Assembly (NCBI GenBank): GCA_964541115.1
Contig: CAZIPH010000012.1
Location: forward strand, 5,588-69,587
DNA: 64,000 bases
Reading direction: 5' to 3'
From: an uncultured Salaquimonas sp.
Lineage (GTDB): Bacteria > Pseudomonadota > Alphaproteobacteria > Rhizobiales > Rhizobiaceae
The translations under genes and the position numbers were made by a program. Of this stretch, positions 9,827 to 19,857 are shown in pieces (position 1 is the first letter of the stretch; every line of letters starts with the position of its first letter). Below the pieces are notes generated by a model, which was given only the letters and a program-made list of their open reading frames with translations, was not told the DNA's origin and made no database searches.

Positions 9827-12430
9827 TCAGACGACGATATTCACGATCCTTTTCGGCACAACGATGACCCTGCTCGGCTCCTTGCCGTCCAGATAGGGCT
9901 TTACCACATCCAGTGCGAGGGATGCAGCAATAATCTCCTCCTGGCTGGCTTCAGCCGAAATGACAACCTCGCCGCGCTTCTTCCCATTGACCTGTACCGG
10001 CAAGGTGAGTTCATCATCGCGGACGAGATCGGCGATGACCACTGGCCATGCAGCCTCGGCGACCATGCCCTTGCCGCCAATCGCCTGCCAGCATTCCTCG
10101 GCAAGGTGCGGCATCATGGGGGCAAGCATCGATACCAGGAACCCGCTTGCCTGTTTTACTGCGCCAACAAGTTCGCCATCGGCACGGTTTTCGGCAACTT
10201 CGCCAAGCGGTGCGGCGATGGCGTTGACCAGTTCATACAGGCGGGCGACGGCCTTGTTGAAACCCAGCCTGTCAAGATCCCTGCCGACCTGGTCGAGGGT
10301 CTTGTGGGCAATGCGGGAAACTTCAAGTGCCTGGCCTTCGCTGCCAGGCTGCGCATCGGCAGCCTTCAACTGATCGGAGGCGTTCGAAATCAGCCGCCAG
10401 ACGCGCTGGACGAAACGGTGTGCGCCATCGACGCCCGATTCGGTCCATTCGACATCCCGCTCGGGCGGAGAATCCGACAACATGAAGAAGCGTGCGGTAT
10501 CAGCACCATAAGAAGCGATGATGTCGTCAGGATCGACGACGTTGCGCTTCGACTTCGACATCTTCTCGATCGGGCCGATTTCAGCCTCAGTGCCTGACTG
10601 AAGATCGAATGCCTTGCGAACACCGCCACTTTCCTCGAGGCGAACTTCGGCCGGGGCGAGGTAGTTGTTTCCGCTCTTGTAGGTTTCATGCACCACCATG
10701 CCCTGGGTAAACAGGCCCTTGAAGGGTTCGCTCACGTCAAGGTGCCCGGTTGCCTTCATCGCCCTGGCAAAAAAGCGCGAATAGAGAAGGTGCAGGATGG
10801 CGTGCTCGATGCCGCCAATATACTGGTCTACCGGCAGCCATTCATTGGCCGCCTTCGGCTCGGTCGGATCGTCTTCATTGGGAGCGGTAAATCGCGCAAA
10901 GTACCAGGACGAATCGACGAATGTGTCCATCGTGTCTGTTTCACGCCGCGCATCGGCCCCGCATTTTGGACAGGCAACATGGCGCCATGTCTCATGCCGG
11001 TCGAGCGGATTGCCCGGCTTGTCGAAGGTCACATCCTCGGGAAGCCTTACAGGAAGATCCTTCTTTGGGACGGGAACAATGCCGCAAACCTCGCAATGGA
11101 TCACCGGGATGGGGCAACCCCAGTAGCGCTGGCGCGAAATACCCCAGTCGCGCAGGCGATACTGAACGCGGCCGGTGCCAAGGCCCCTGCTTTCAGCCCA
11201 GTCAATGGTTGCGTCTATTCCTTCATAGCCGGTAGCGACTTCAACGCCTGCAGGCTGGTTGACGTAGCGCACCTTCTCGGATTTTTCGGGAACGTAGGCC
11301 TCATCTCCCACAGGCGTGTCATCGTCCAGAGGGAAGAAGGTGTCGATGACGGCCAGATCATATTTGCGCGCGAAATCAAGGTCGCGCTGATCATGGGCCG
11401 GACAGCCGAAAACAGCACCCGTGCCGTAATCCATCAGGATGAAATTGGCGACCCAGACCGGCAGGGTCTGGTCCGGGTACAGCGGATGGATCACCTCGAC
11501 ACCTGTGTCGTAGCCCTGCTTTTCGGCCTTTTCGAGCGCTTCCTCGGAAGTTCCCGCCCGGCGGACATCGACGGAAAAACGCGCCAGATCAGCGTCGCTT
11601 TCGGCCAGCTTTTTTGCAAGCGGATGCTCCGGCGCAATCGCGATGAAACTCGCGCCATTCAGCGTGTCGGGGCGCGTCGTATAGATCTCGATGGCGTCAT
11701 GATCGCCGATTGGTTCGGCCAGTTTGAAGGCCATTTGCAGGCCGCGTGACTTGCCGATCCAGTTGCGCTGCATGGTGCGAACCTTTTCAGGCCAGTCATC
11801 CAGCGTGTCGATTGCCTCAAGAAGATCCTCGGCATAATCTGTTATCCTGAAGACCCACTGGGCAAGTTCGCGCTGTTCGACGAGCGCACCGGAGCGCCAA
11901 CCCCGGCCATCGATGACCTGCTCGTTGGCCAACACGGTCTGGTCCTCCGGGTCCCAGTTGACCTTGGAAATCTTGCGGCCGACCAGTCCCTTCTCCAGGA
12001 AATCAACGAAAAGAATTTGCTGGCGGTGATAGTATTCGACATCACAAGTGGCGAACTCGCGCGACCAGTCGAGCGAAAGTCCCATGGACTTAAGCTGCTT
12101 GCGCATGGTGGCGATGTTTTCATAGGTCCATGCCTTGGGGTGGACATTGTTTTTCATTGCGGCGTTTTCGGCAGGCATGCCGAACGCATCCCAACCCATA
12201 GGGTGCAGGACGTTGTATCCGCGCGCGCGCTTGTAGCGGGCGACCACATCGCCCATGGCATAATTGCGCACATGCCCCATGTGAATGCGGCCGGAAGGAT
12301 AGGGGAACATCTCCAGCACGTAGTATTTGGGGCGCGGATCATCATTGTCCGTCTCGAAAAGCCGGGAACTGATCCAGGCTTCCTGCCATTTGGGTTCACT
12401 AATGCGCGGATTGTAGCGTTCGCTTGCCAT
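9827..12430 (-). CDS. leuS: Leucine--tRNA ligase
   Basis: Class I aaRS motifs: HIGH-type ([13 protein letters not shown]) and KMSKS. 867 aa. Confidence 0.97.
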   Translation of the reverse strand: MASERYNPRISEPKWQEAWISSRLFETDNDDPRPKYYVLEMFPYPSGRIHMGHVRNYAMGDVVARYKRARGYNVLHPMGWDAFGMPAENAAMKNNVHPKAWTYENIATMRKQLKSMGLSLDWSREFATCDVEYYHRQQILFVDFLEKGLVGRKISKVNWDPEDQTVLANEQVIDGRGWRSGALVEQRELAQWVFRITDYAEDLLEAIDTLDDWPEKVRTMQRNWIGKSRGLQMAFKLAEPIGDHDAIEIYTTRPDTLNGASFIAIAPEHPLAKKLAESDADLARFSVDVRRAGTSEEALEKAEKQGYDTGVEVIHPLYPDQTLPVWVANFILMDYGTGAVFGCPAHDQRDLDFARKYDLAVIDTFFPLDDDTPVGDEAYVPEKSEKVRYVNQPAGVEVATGYEGIDATIDWAESRGLGTGRVQYRLRDWGISRQRYWGCPIPVIHCEVCGIVPVPKKDLPVRLPEDVTFDKPGNPLDRHETWRHVACPKCGADARRETDTMDTFVDSSWYFARFTAPNEDDPTEPKAANEWLPVDQYIGGIEHAILHLLYSRFFARAMKATGHLDVSEPFKGLFTQGMVVHETYKSGNNYLAPAEVRLEESGGVRKAFDLQSGTEAEIGPIEKMSKSKRNVVDPDDIIASYGADTARFFMLSDSPPERDVEWTESGVDGAHRFVQRVWRLISNASDQLKAADAQPGSEGQALEVSRIAHKTLDQVGRDLDRLGFNKAVARLYELVNAIAAPLGEVAENRADGELVGAVKQASGFLVSMLAPMMPHLAEECWQAIGGKGMVAEAAWPVVIADLVRDDELTLPVQVNGKKRGEVVISAEASQEEIIAASLALDVVKPYLDGKEPSRVIVVPKRIVNIVV

Positions 12431-12586
12431 TGGAAATAAGTGCTATCAGGTTACAAAGAGGGTGGCGGGGAATCACCGGGGAAGCCGCGGTGAGAATGGT
12501 TCGCAAGTGCTTCAACAGAATTACGCGCTGCGGTCAACTGCCAGAGAATAAACACGCCTTATTGACTGGAAATACAAGGGTCGGAC

Positions 12587-13255
12587 ATGAGTGTATCCAC
12601 GCGATTGAGAGAAACAAGGGAGCGGATTGCAGCAGCGGCAAAACTGCCCGGACGCAAGGCCGAGGATGTTTGCCTCATTGCCGTTTCCAAGACACATGGC
12701 GCCGGCACCATCCGCGAGGCACTCGATGCTGGCCAGCGGGTATTCGGCGAAAACCGTGTACAGGAAGCGCAGGAAAAATGGCCGGCACTGAAAGAGGAGT
12801 ATCCCGATATCGAGCTTCATCTCATCGGGCCGCTCCAATCGAACAAGGCAGGAGATGCCGTGGCGCTGTTCGATGTCATCCAGACCGTCGACCGCGACAA
12901 GATTGCCGGGGCGATCGCAAGGGAAATGGCAACTCAGGGCCGCAACGTGAGACTCTTCGTCCAGGTCAATACGGGTTCGGAACCGCAAAAGGCAGGGATC
13001 GAGCCCGATGAAGCGGTTTCGTTTGTCGAGCGCTGCAGGCAGGTTCACGGGCTTTCCATCGAAGGCCTGATGTGCATTCCACCGGTTGATGAAAACCCCG
13101 GCCCGCATTTTGCCCTGTTGCGCCAACTGGCCTCACAGTGCGGCCTTCGATCGCTCTCCATGGGCATGTCGTCTGACCATGAAACCGCTGTTGAACTGGG
13201 CGCCACCCATGTGCGGGTGGGCAGTGCGATATTCGGCGAAAGGGATTACGCCTGA
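12587..13255 (+). CDS. yggS: PLP-binding homeostasis protein, YggS/PROSC family
   Basis: 222 aa. Conserved PLP-lysine context LIAVSKTHG and C-terminal RVGSAIFG. Confidence 0.88.
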   Translation: MSVSTRLRETRERIAAAAKLPGRKAEDVCLIAVSKTHGAGTIREALDAGQRVFGENRVQEAQEKWPALKEEYPDIELHLIGPLQSNKAGDAVALFDVIQTVDRDKIAGAIAREMATQGRNVRLFVQVNTGSEPQKAGIEPDEAVSFVERCRQVHGLSIEGLMCIPPVDENPGPHFALLRQLASQCGLRSLSMGMSSDHETAVELGATHVRVGSAIFGERDYA

Positions 13256-13259
13256 ATCT

Positions 13260-13823
13260 TCAGGGCAGGATGTGCATGACTGTCTGTGGCCCAAGCCTTG
13301 GCAGAAGATGCAGCATCAGCTTTTGCGGGATGGCAATGCAGCCGGCAGTATAGGGCTTGTCTGCGGTCAGGTGAAAGAACACCGCGCTTCCCCTGCCCCT
13401 TGTCCTGCGCGAAAAGTTATGGTCGAGAACGACCACTAAATCGTAGAGCCCGTCGCTGCGTTTCATCGTTTCTGCCGAGGCGGGATAAGGCAGGGTTACC
13501 GGGCGGTTGTAATTGGGATCGGCCGGCGCATCGCACCATCCATCGGTTTGGGAAATCGGCTGCAGGGCAAGTTGTGAAACCGGGAACCTGATGTGATCGG
13601 GACGATGCCAGGCATAGATGAGCCGATAACTGCCAGCCGGGGTAGACCAGTCACCCTCGCGCTTTCTCACTGAAATTCCGTTTTTCCCCAGAATACAGGG
13701 CCAGACACGGTCCTCGATGCGCAGCAGTCCCGCTGCAGCGTCCCTGCCCGGTTTTCTGCAAATGGTGATTTGCCTGATCGTATTCACAGTGATCCGGTCC
13801 CTTCTCGACCCATTATATGCCAA
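13260..13823 (-). CDS. YkuD-fold (L,D-transpeptidase catalytic domain) protein without signal peptide
   Basis: C-terminal GSAVFFHL...YTAGCIAI resembles the YkuD His/Cys catalytic motif. The N-terminus is hydrophilic, with no signal sequence or TM helix. Confidence 0.6.
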   Translation of the reverse strand: MAYNGSRRDRITVNTIRQITICRKPGRDAAAGLLRIEDRVWPCILGKNGISVRKREGDWSTPAGSYRLIYAWHRPDHIRFPVSQLALQPISQTDGWCDAPADPNYNRPVTLPYPASAETMKRSDGLYDLVVVLDHNFSRRTRGRGSAVFFHLTADKPYTAGCIAIPQKLMLHLLPRLGPQTVMHILP

Positions 13824-14004
13824 GCCATTATCACAATTTCCATGATCCGTTCACGCTCGCTTGATAATGCGCGTGATCGCCTTTTCGTTGGTGAAACAAG
13901 GCCGTAAAAGCACCGCATTGCAATCAAACAGTGCAACCCCTAGATTTCAACTGATTTGCCGCGCCTGATGGCACCCTGATGGCAAGATGCCCGGAGATGG
14001 AAAA

Positions 14005-14688
14005 ATGACCGCACGCACCATTCTGCTTGTTGATGATGACGAGGATCTTCGCGAGGCATTGACTGAACAGCTCTCCCTCTATGAAGAGTTTGATGTCAGC
14101 AGTGAAGCCAGCGCGACAAAAGGCGTGCAGGCTGCCCGCAACAATCATGTGGACCTGCTTGTCATGGATGTCGGCCTGCCGGACATGGATGGCCGCGAAG
14201 CGGTGAAGCTGCTGCGCAAGGGCGGCTTTCGCGCACCCATTATCATGCTGACGGGTCACGACACCGATTCCGACACGATCCTTGGCCTTGAGGCAGGCGC
14301 TAATGACTATGTCACCAAGCCCTTCCGCTTCGCGGTCCTGCTGGCGCGTATTCGTGCCCAGCTGCGCACGCACGAACAGAGCGAGGACGCGGTGTTTTCC
14401 ATCGGCCCTTACACGTTCAAGCCCTCCCAGAAAATGCTGCTGGAAGACAACGGCCAGAAAATTCGTCTGACGGAAAAGGAAACGGCCATCATGAAATATC
14501 TGTACCGGGCCGAGCAGAAGATCATCGGGCGAGACGAGCTGCTCGAACAGGTCTGGGGTTACAATTCCGGCGTCACGACGCATACGCTGGAAACGCATAT
14601 TTACCGCCTTCGCCAGAAGATCGAAAAGGATCCTTCCAATGCGCGCCTGCTGGTGACTGATGGCGGCGGATACAAGCTGGTTCCGTAA
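14005..14688 (+). CDS. cenR: OmpR-family response regulator, CenR-like
   Basis: Receiver domain (ILLVDDDEDL, LLVMDVGLPDMDG, YVTKPF) plus a winged-helix output domain. The FRFAVLLARIRAQLRTHEQSEDA linker is what I recall for alphaproteobacterial CenR. Start placed at ATG 14005, after a GGAGA RBS. Confidence 0.8.
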   Translation: MTARTILLVDDDEDLREALTEQLSLYEEFDVSSEASATKGVQAARNNHVDLLVMDVGLPDMDGREAVKLLRKGGFRAPIIMLTGHDTDSDTILGLEAGANDYVTKPFRFAVLLARIRAQLRTHEQSEDAVFSIGPYTFKPSQKMLLEDNGQKIRLTEKETAIMKYLYRAEQKIIGRDELLEQVWGYNSGVTTHTLETHIYRLRQKIEKDPSNARLLVTDGGGYKLVP

Positions 14689-14761
14689 CTCGAGCCCTCC
14701 CCAAAGGACTGCCCTGTTTCGTTCCTGTTGTCTTGACGGCAAAAAGCGATAAGAAACAGGC

Positions 14762-15256
14762 ATGACACTTACCGAAGACATAACACTGCTATCGCGGGTC
14801 AGCCTGTTCGAGGGATTTCCCGATGAGCAGCTGCGGCTGCTGGCGTTTGGGGCCAAGCGACTCTACCTGCGCGGCGGCGAGGAGTTGTTCGGCGAAGGCG
14901 CCCTGTCCGATGGCGGCTATGTGGTGATCAGCGGACAGGTCGATCTTCTGGTCCACCGCAATGGCCGTGAACTGGTCATGGCAAGTCAACTGGAAAACAG
15001 CCTGATCGGGGAAACCGCGCTCATTGCCGAGAACCGTAGGCCGGTCACGGCGCTTGCCCGCACCAATTGCGAACTCATTTACATTCCACGTGAACTGTTC
15101 CGCCGCATGCTCGGCGAATATCCACATCTTGCCGAAAAGCTGCAGGAGCGCATCAGCCGCACCGTACGCATCATGATCGAACAAATGGAAACGGTCGAAA
15201 CCCGGCTTGCCAGCAATCCCGGTCTTTCCGGGGCGACGAGGGAAAACGGGTTCTAA
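14762..15256 (+). CDS. Stand-alone cyclic-nucleotide-binding domain protein
   Basis: 164 aa. cNMP-binding cassette IGETALIAENRRPVTALART. No HTH or other output domain. Confidence 0.72.
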   Translation: MTLTEDITLLSRVSLFEGFPDEQLRLLAFGAKRLYLRGGEELFGEGALSDGGYVVISGQVDLLVHRNGRELVMASQLENSLIGETALIAENRRPVTALARTNCELIYIPRELFRRMLGEYPHLAEKLQERISRTVRIMIEQMETVETRLASNPGLSGATRENGF

Positions 15257-16056
15257 TCGATTTCAAAACGGGCGATTACGGGAACATGGTCTGATGCCTT
15301 TTCCCAGCCCCGCGCTTCCTCGATCACCTCGATACCGGACAGTTTCCCGGCCAGCCGCGAATCGCTCCAGACATGATCGAGCCTGCGCCCCCGGTTGGAA
15401 GCCTTCCAGTCCTTCGCCCGGTAGCTCCACCAGGTGTAGAGTTTTTCATCCATGGGAACATGCCGGCGCATCAGGTCGACCCACTCACCCCGGTTCATGA
15501 CTTCCAAAAGGCCCTCGGTCTCAACGGGGGTGTGGGAAACGATCTTCAGCAATTGCTTGTGCGACCAGACATCATGTTCGTATGGCGCTATGTTGAGGTC
15601 GCCAACCAGAATGGATGACACACCATTGTCGACAGCTTTCAGAAGTTTCATTTCCTCGATGAACCGCAGCTTGTGATCAAATTTCGGGTTGATTGCGGGA
15701 TCAGGTTCATCGCCACCCGCAGGCACATAAAAATTGTGCAGCCGGACGGTATTGCCGGCCAATTCAAAATCCGTTGCGATATGGCGGGTGTCGCCCATGG
15801 CACAATAGTCGGTGGAAAACCGTTCTCGGAAGGGGCGTTTCGAGAGGGTGGCAACGCCGTGATAGCCCTTCTGGCCATGAACCGCGTGGTATTCATATCC
15901 AAGCTTGTTGAAGACCCTTGCGGGAAACTCGTCATTCATGCACTTGATTTCCTGCAGGCACAAAATGTCGGGATCGTGCTCTTTCAGGAAAGCCTCGACG
16001 AGCGGTGCGCGCAGGCGTACGGAATTGATGTTCCAGGTGGCAATGGAAAAAGGCAT
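15253..16056 (-). CDS. xthA: Exodeoxyribonuclease III
   Basis: ATWNINSVR, ILCLQE and SDHVPV motifs of the ExoIII/AP-endonuclease family. Start at ATG 16056 gives 267 aa. Its stop overlaps the convergent upstream gene by 4 nt. Confidence 0.9.
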   Translation of the reverse strand: MPFSIATWNINSVRLRAPLVEAFLKEHDPDILCLQEIKCMNDEFPARVFNKLGYEYHAVHGQKGYHGVATLSKRPFRERFSTDYCAMGDTRHIATDFELAGNTVRLHNFYVPAGGDEPDPAINPKFDHKLRFIEEMKLLKAVDNGVSSILVGDLNIAPYEHDVWSHKQLLKIVSHTPVETEGLLEVMNRGEWVDLMRRHVPMDEKLYTWWSYRAKDWKASNRGRRLDHVWSDSRLAGKLSGIEVIEEARGWEKASDHVPVIARFEID

Positions 16057-16170
16057 GTAGAACTCCGGCGGTCTGGTCAGGCCCAGTCCGGCCATATTGG
16101 ATAGGAGGTTTCATGCATACAAGTAAAGGCGCACCGGCCGCGACAAACGCTGCAGCTTATCAACAGGCAA

Positions 16171-16824
16171 TCAATTGTTGCGCTTGAACTGGTTCTTGTT
16201 GATCTGGAAGTTGCGCTCGCTCAAATTGACATTTTCTTCCACATTGAAAACCATGACAGAGGTTTCCTTGCCCTGGGCGTCCTTGATGGTCCATTGCCGC
16301 AGGTCGAATGTCTCAGGCTCGAACAGCAAGGTGATTACCGAATTTCCGAACAGCTGCTTGTCGCCCAGGACAATGGTCGTCACATCAGGGTCCGTGCGAA
16401 CGTCCAGGATGGATTTTTCGTCAATGTCCAGCTTGTCGTCGAGAAGGATTTTCAGGGGCGTGTTCTTGAGGGGATAGGAATCAAACGTTTTCAGCTTGTT
16501 GTTGATCACCATCACTGCAAGGCCATTTGAAACGACCTCGACAGGAGAGGGTGCCTCATAATCGAAGCGAACCTTGCCGGGTCGTTTGATCGCAAACACG
16601 CCGCCGCTCTGATTTCCCTTCTCGTCAAACTGGAGAAACTCGCCCTTCATGGTGGGAACATTGGCATAATGAGCACGCAGTGCTGCAAGCGTATCGGCCC
16701 TGACATCGGCCTGAGCCGCAGACACTGACACCATCAAGGCCATGGCGAGAATCGAGAGGGCAAGGCCTGAGGCAAGGCTCGCAAATCGGGCCGGCTTGCG
16801 TCGTTTCATTTCAAACAGTTCCAT
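16171..16824 (-). CDS. lolA: Outer-membrane lipoprotein carrier LolA-family protein
   Basis: Signal peptide (...MALMVSVSAAQA), about 200-aa periplasmic beta-rich protein, directly downstream of ftsK (conserved ftsK-lolA synteny). Confidence 0.72.
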   Translation of the reverse strand: MELFEMKRRKPARFASLASGLALSILAMALMVSVSAAQADVRADTLAALRAHYANVPTMKGEFLQFDEKGNQSGGVFAIKRPGKVRFDYEAPSPVEVVSNGLAVMVINNKLKTFDSYPLKNTPLKILLDDKLDIDEKSILDVRTDPDVTTIVLGDKQLFGNSVITLLFEPETFDLRQWTIKDAQGKETSVMVFNVEENVNLSERNFQINKNQFKRNN

Positions 16825-16939
16825 TTCGTCTCGCTTTCACTGATCCTGTGACCGGATCCCGCCGGGTTTTGCTTTTCGACTGATGATTGGGCCAAATCAT
16901 GGCGGCTGTCGCAATCGTTGAGGGCAGCTTCCATGGTTC

Positions 16940-19672
16940 CTAAATGGTCTCGTTTTCATCCGGTACAAGGATTTCCCGCTTGCCGGCATGATTAGCTGCG
17001 CCGATCAGCCCCTCCTGTTCCATGCGCTCGATCAGGCTGGCGGCGCGATTGTAGCCGATGCCAAGGCGGCGCTGGATATATGAAGTGGAAACCTTGCGGT
17101 CGCGCAATACGATGGAAACGGCCTGGTCGTAAATATCATTCGATTCAGCGAATGCATCGGTGCCGACAGGGCCTTCGCCATCCCCGTCTTCATCCTCATC
17201 CTGGGTTACCGCTTCCAGATATTGCGGAACACCCTGGTTCTTGAGGTGATTAACGACCTTTTCGACTTCCTCGTCGGCGACAAACGGGCCATGGACGCGC
17301 TGGATCCTGCCTCCACCGGCCATGTAGAGCATGTCGCCCATACCAAGCAGCTGTTCTGCGCCCTGCTCACCGAGAATGGTGCGCGAATCGATTTTCGAGG
17401 TAACCTGGAAGGAGATTCGTGTCGGGAAGTTCGCCTTGATCGTGCCAGTGATCACATCGACAGAAGGACGCTGGGTTGCCATTATCACATGGATGCCTGC
17501 TGCACGGGCCATCTGGGCAAGCCGCTGGATGGCACCCTCGATATCCTTGCCGGCAACCATCATCAGATCGGCCATCTCGTCGATGATAACGACGATATAA
17601 GGCATTGAATCGAAATTCAGTTCCTCGGTTTCATAAATCGCCTCGCCTGTCTCCCGGTCATAGCCGGTCTGAATTGTGCGGGTGAGTTTCTCGCCCTTGG
17701 CGTTTACCTGCTCGATCCTCTGATTGTAGCCGTCAATGTTGCGAACACCGAGCTTGGACATTTTTGCGTAGCGTGCTTCCATTTCGCGCACGGTCCATTT
17801 CAGCGCAACAACCGCCTTCTTGGGATCGGTAACCACCGGGGTCAGGAGATGGGGAATGCCGTCATAGATCGAGAGTTCCAGCATCTTTGGGTCGATCATG
17901 ATCATTTTCACCTGTTCGGGCGACATGCGGTACAGGATGGACAGGATCATGGTATTGATCGCCACCGACTTGCCCGAACCGGTGGTGCCGGCGACCAGCA
18001 GGTGGGGCATCTTGGCAAGATTGGCAATGACCGGCTCGCCGCCAATCGTCTTGCCAAGAACCAGCGGCAGGCTTGCCTTGTTCTTCTCGTAGTCCTGGGA
18101 AGAAAGCAGTTCGCGAAGATAGACGGTTTCGCGGCGCTGGTTCGGCAATTCGATACCGATCGCGTTGCGGCCGGGAACCACCGCCACGCGCGCGGCAATC
18201 GCGCTCATGGAGCGGGCAATATCCTCGGCAAGGCCTATCACGCGCGAGGATTTCACACCCGGAGCCGGTTCCAGTTCATAAAGGGTCACCACCGGCCCGG
18301 GACGCACATTGATGATCTCGCCCTTGACGCCGAAATCCTCGAGAACCCCCTCGAGAAGCCGGGCATTCGCCTCAAGCGCATCGGTCGAAAGCGTCTGGTC
18401 CCTTACGAGGTTTTGCGCCTCGGAAAGAAAACCCAGTTCAGGAAGCTCGAAGGAATCTGCTGCCAGAAGCGATGGCTGCGCCTCGCGCACGATGCGCGCG
18501 CCCGGCTTTGGCCGTTCAGCTGGCGGGATTACCCTTGATTGTGCCTGGGAATGTGGATGGCGGGTTTCCTCATATTGCGGCATGCCCATAGCCGGTGGCG
18601 CGATGCCATCGTCAAAGGGAACAGACGATCCGGTGCTGAGTGCATCATCATAGTACTCCTCGCCATAGGCCGGGGCCATGGCGGGCGCCGTGATGACATC
18701 ACGCAATTCACCAGAAGCCCTGGCGGATGACGAATTGTGAGCCGGACCAAAGCCGGGCTCTGCCCTTGCCGACGGGTCGTATCGCTCGAATCCGTCATCG
18801 GGCGGTGCTGTCAGGCGGTCCAAGGCCCCTGAAATACGCGACAGGAAGGTTTCACGCCTGGCCAGCCCGGTTGGTTGCGGCTCGTCATCATATTCGTCTT
18901 CTTCAACGTATGTTGCAGCCTTTTGCTGAGGGGCGCGCAGTTTGCGGCGCTTGAACATTGCGCGAAGCGTCAGCCAGAAATGGGTGGCCGCGCCCATCCA
19001 CCAGGCGGTGCTGTCATCCTCTTCATAGATCTCGCCGGTTTCGGGATCGAAACTGAAGCCATCAGGATTGTGCTTTGCCGGTCGGTTGACAAGACCGGCG
19101 GCAAAGAGGGTGAGAAACAGCGCGGGAATAACCAGGACAAGGAAGAACACACCTGCCAGCATGCCGGACGGGTATCCTCCCAATACCAGGCTAGGCAATT
19201 TGAGCACCAGGTCGCCGACAATCCCGCCAAGACCCGATGGCAGTGGCCAACTGCCATTGAGTGGCAGGCAGGAGAATGCTGCGGCCGAAACGATTACGGC
19301 ACACGGCCAGGAAATCATGCGTTTCCTGAAAATGCCGACGGGTTTCTGGATCAGTTTCAACCAGCCCCAGATCGCCGGTGGAACCAGCGCCACCACACTC
19401 GCAAGTCCGGAAAACTGGATCAGGATATCGGCGAAGGAGGCACCCCAGAAGCCACCGGCATTCTGGATCTCGCGGCCATTGGCATTGGACAGGCTGGGAT
19501 CATCGACAGACCAGGTCGCAAGCGAGGCAAAGGCCAGCGCAACGCAGACCAGAATGGCCAGGCCTATAAGGACACCAATCTGCCCTGAAAAACGGTTACC
19601 GGCCGTCTGACCCTGATAAAGATAGCTGTCTTGCCGTGCCGGTCTGGATACCTGCATGCCGCTGCACTCCAA
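16940..19672 (-). CDS. ftsK: DNA translocase FtsK
   Basis: N-terminal TM helices, acidic/Pro-rich linker, motor domain with Walker [11 protein letters not shown]-terminal winged-helix gamma domain ([14 protein letters not shown]). ATG 19657 is an alternative start. Confidence 0.95.
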   Translation of the reverse strand: MECSGMQVSRPARQDSYLYQGQTAGNRFSGQIGVLIGLAILVCVALAFASLATWSVDDPSLSNANGREIQNAGGFWGASFADILIQFSGLASVVALVPPAIWGWLKLIQKPVGIFRKRMISWPCAVIVSAAAFSCLPLNGSWPLPSGLGGIVGDLVLKLPSLVLGGYPSGMLAGVFFLVLVIPALFLTLFAAGLVNRPAKHNPDGFSFDPETGEIYEEDDSTAWWMGAATHFWLTLRAMFKRRKLRAPQQKAATYVEEDEYDDEPQPTGLARRETFLSRISGALDRLTAPPDDGFERYDPSARAEPGFGPAHNSSSARASGELRDVITAPAMAPAYGEEYYDDALSTGSSVPFDDGIAPPAMGMPQYEETRHPHSQAQSRVIPPAERPKPGARIVREAQPSLLAADSFELPELGFLSEAQNLVRDQTLSTDALEANARLLEGVLEDFGVKGEIINVRPGPVVTLYELEPAPGVKSSRVIGLAEDIARSMSAIAARVAVVPGRNAIGIELPNQRRETVYLRELLSSQDYEKNKASLPLVLGKTIGGEPVIANLAKMPHLLVAGTTGSGKSVAINTMILSILYRMSPEQVKMIMIDPKMLELSIYDGIPHLLTPVVTDPKKAVVALKWTVREMEARYAKMSKLGVRNIDGYNQRIEQVNAKGEKLTRTIQTGYDRETGEAIYETEELNFDSMPYIVVIIDEMADLMMVAGKDIEGAIQRLAQMARAAGIHVIMATQRPSVDVITGTIKANFPTRISFQVTSKIDSRTILGEQGAEQLLGMGDMLYMAGGGRIQRVHGPFVADEEVEKVVNHLKNQGVPQYLEAVTQDEDEDGDGEGPVGTDAFAESNDIYDQAVSIVLRDRKVSTSYIQRRLGIGYNRAASLIERMEQEGLIGAANHAGKREILVPDENETI

Positions 19673-19721
19673 AGCATAAGAAAATTGCGCTCATTGTTGG
19701 ATGCACAGTAGTAGGCAGAGG

Positions 19722-19740
19722 TTAATCACCTGTTAACCAT
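19722..19740. promoter_or_regulatory. CtrA box TTAA-N7-TTAACCAT upstream of ftsK
   Basis: TTAATCACCTGTTAACCAT, about 50-65 bp upstream of the ftsK start codons. It matches both published Caulobacter CtrA motifs (TTAA-N7-TTAAC and TTAACCAT). Confidence 0.55.
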
Positions 19741-19815
19741 GGGTAACTGAAGGGACCGTTATCGACCCAAAAAACTGAATTCCGGAACGGGTTTGAGGAT
19801 AGAAGGAGCCGGACG

Positions 19816-19836
19816 AAAAAGGGGCCCGAAGGCCCC
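19816..19836 (-). terminator. Intrinsic terminator after amtB
   Basis: Minus strand reads GGGGCC-TTCG-GGCCCC followed by TTTTT, about 20 nt past the amtB stop. Confidence 0.75.
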
Positions 19837-19857
19837 TTTCCGCTTGCGCCGGGTGAA

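Noticed and set aside
12499-12513. Alphaproteobacterial LexA-box-like GTTC-N7-CTTC in the leuS/yggS divergent region.
   Set aside because: It has one mismatch in a short direct-repeat motif, occurs only once, and neither flanking gene is a known SOS gene.
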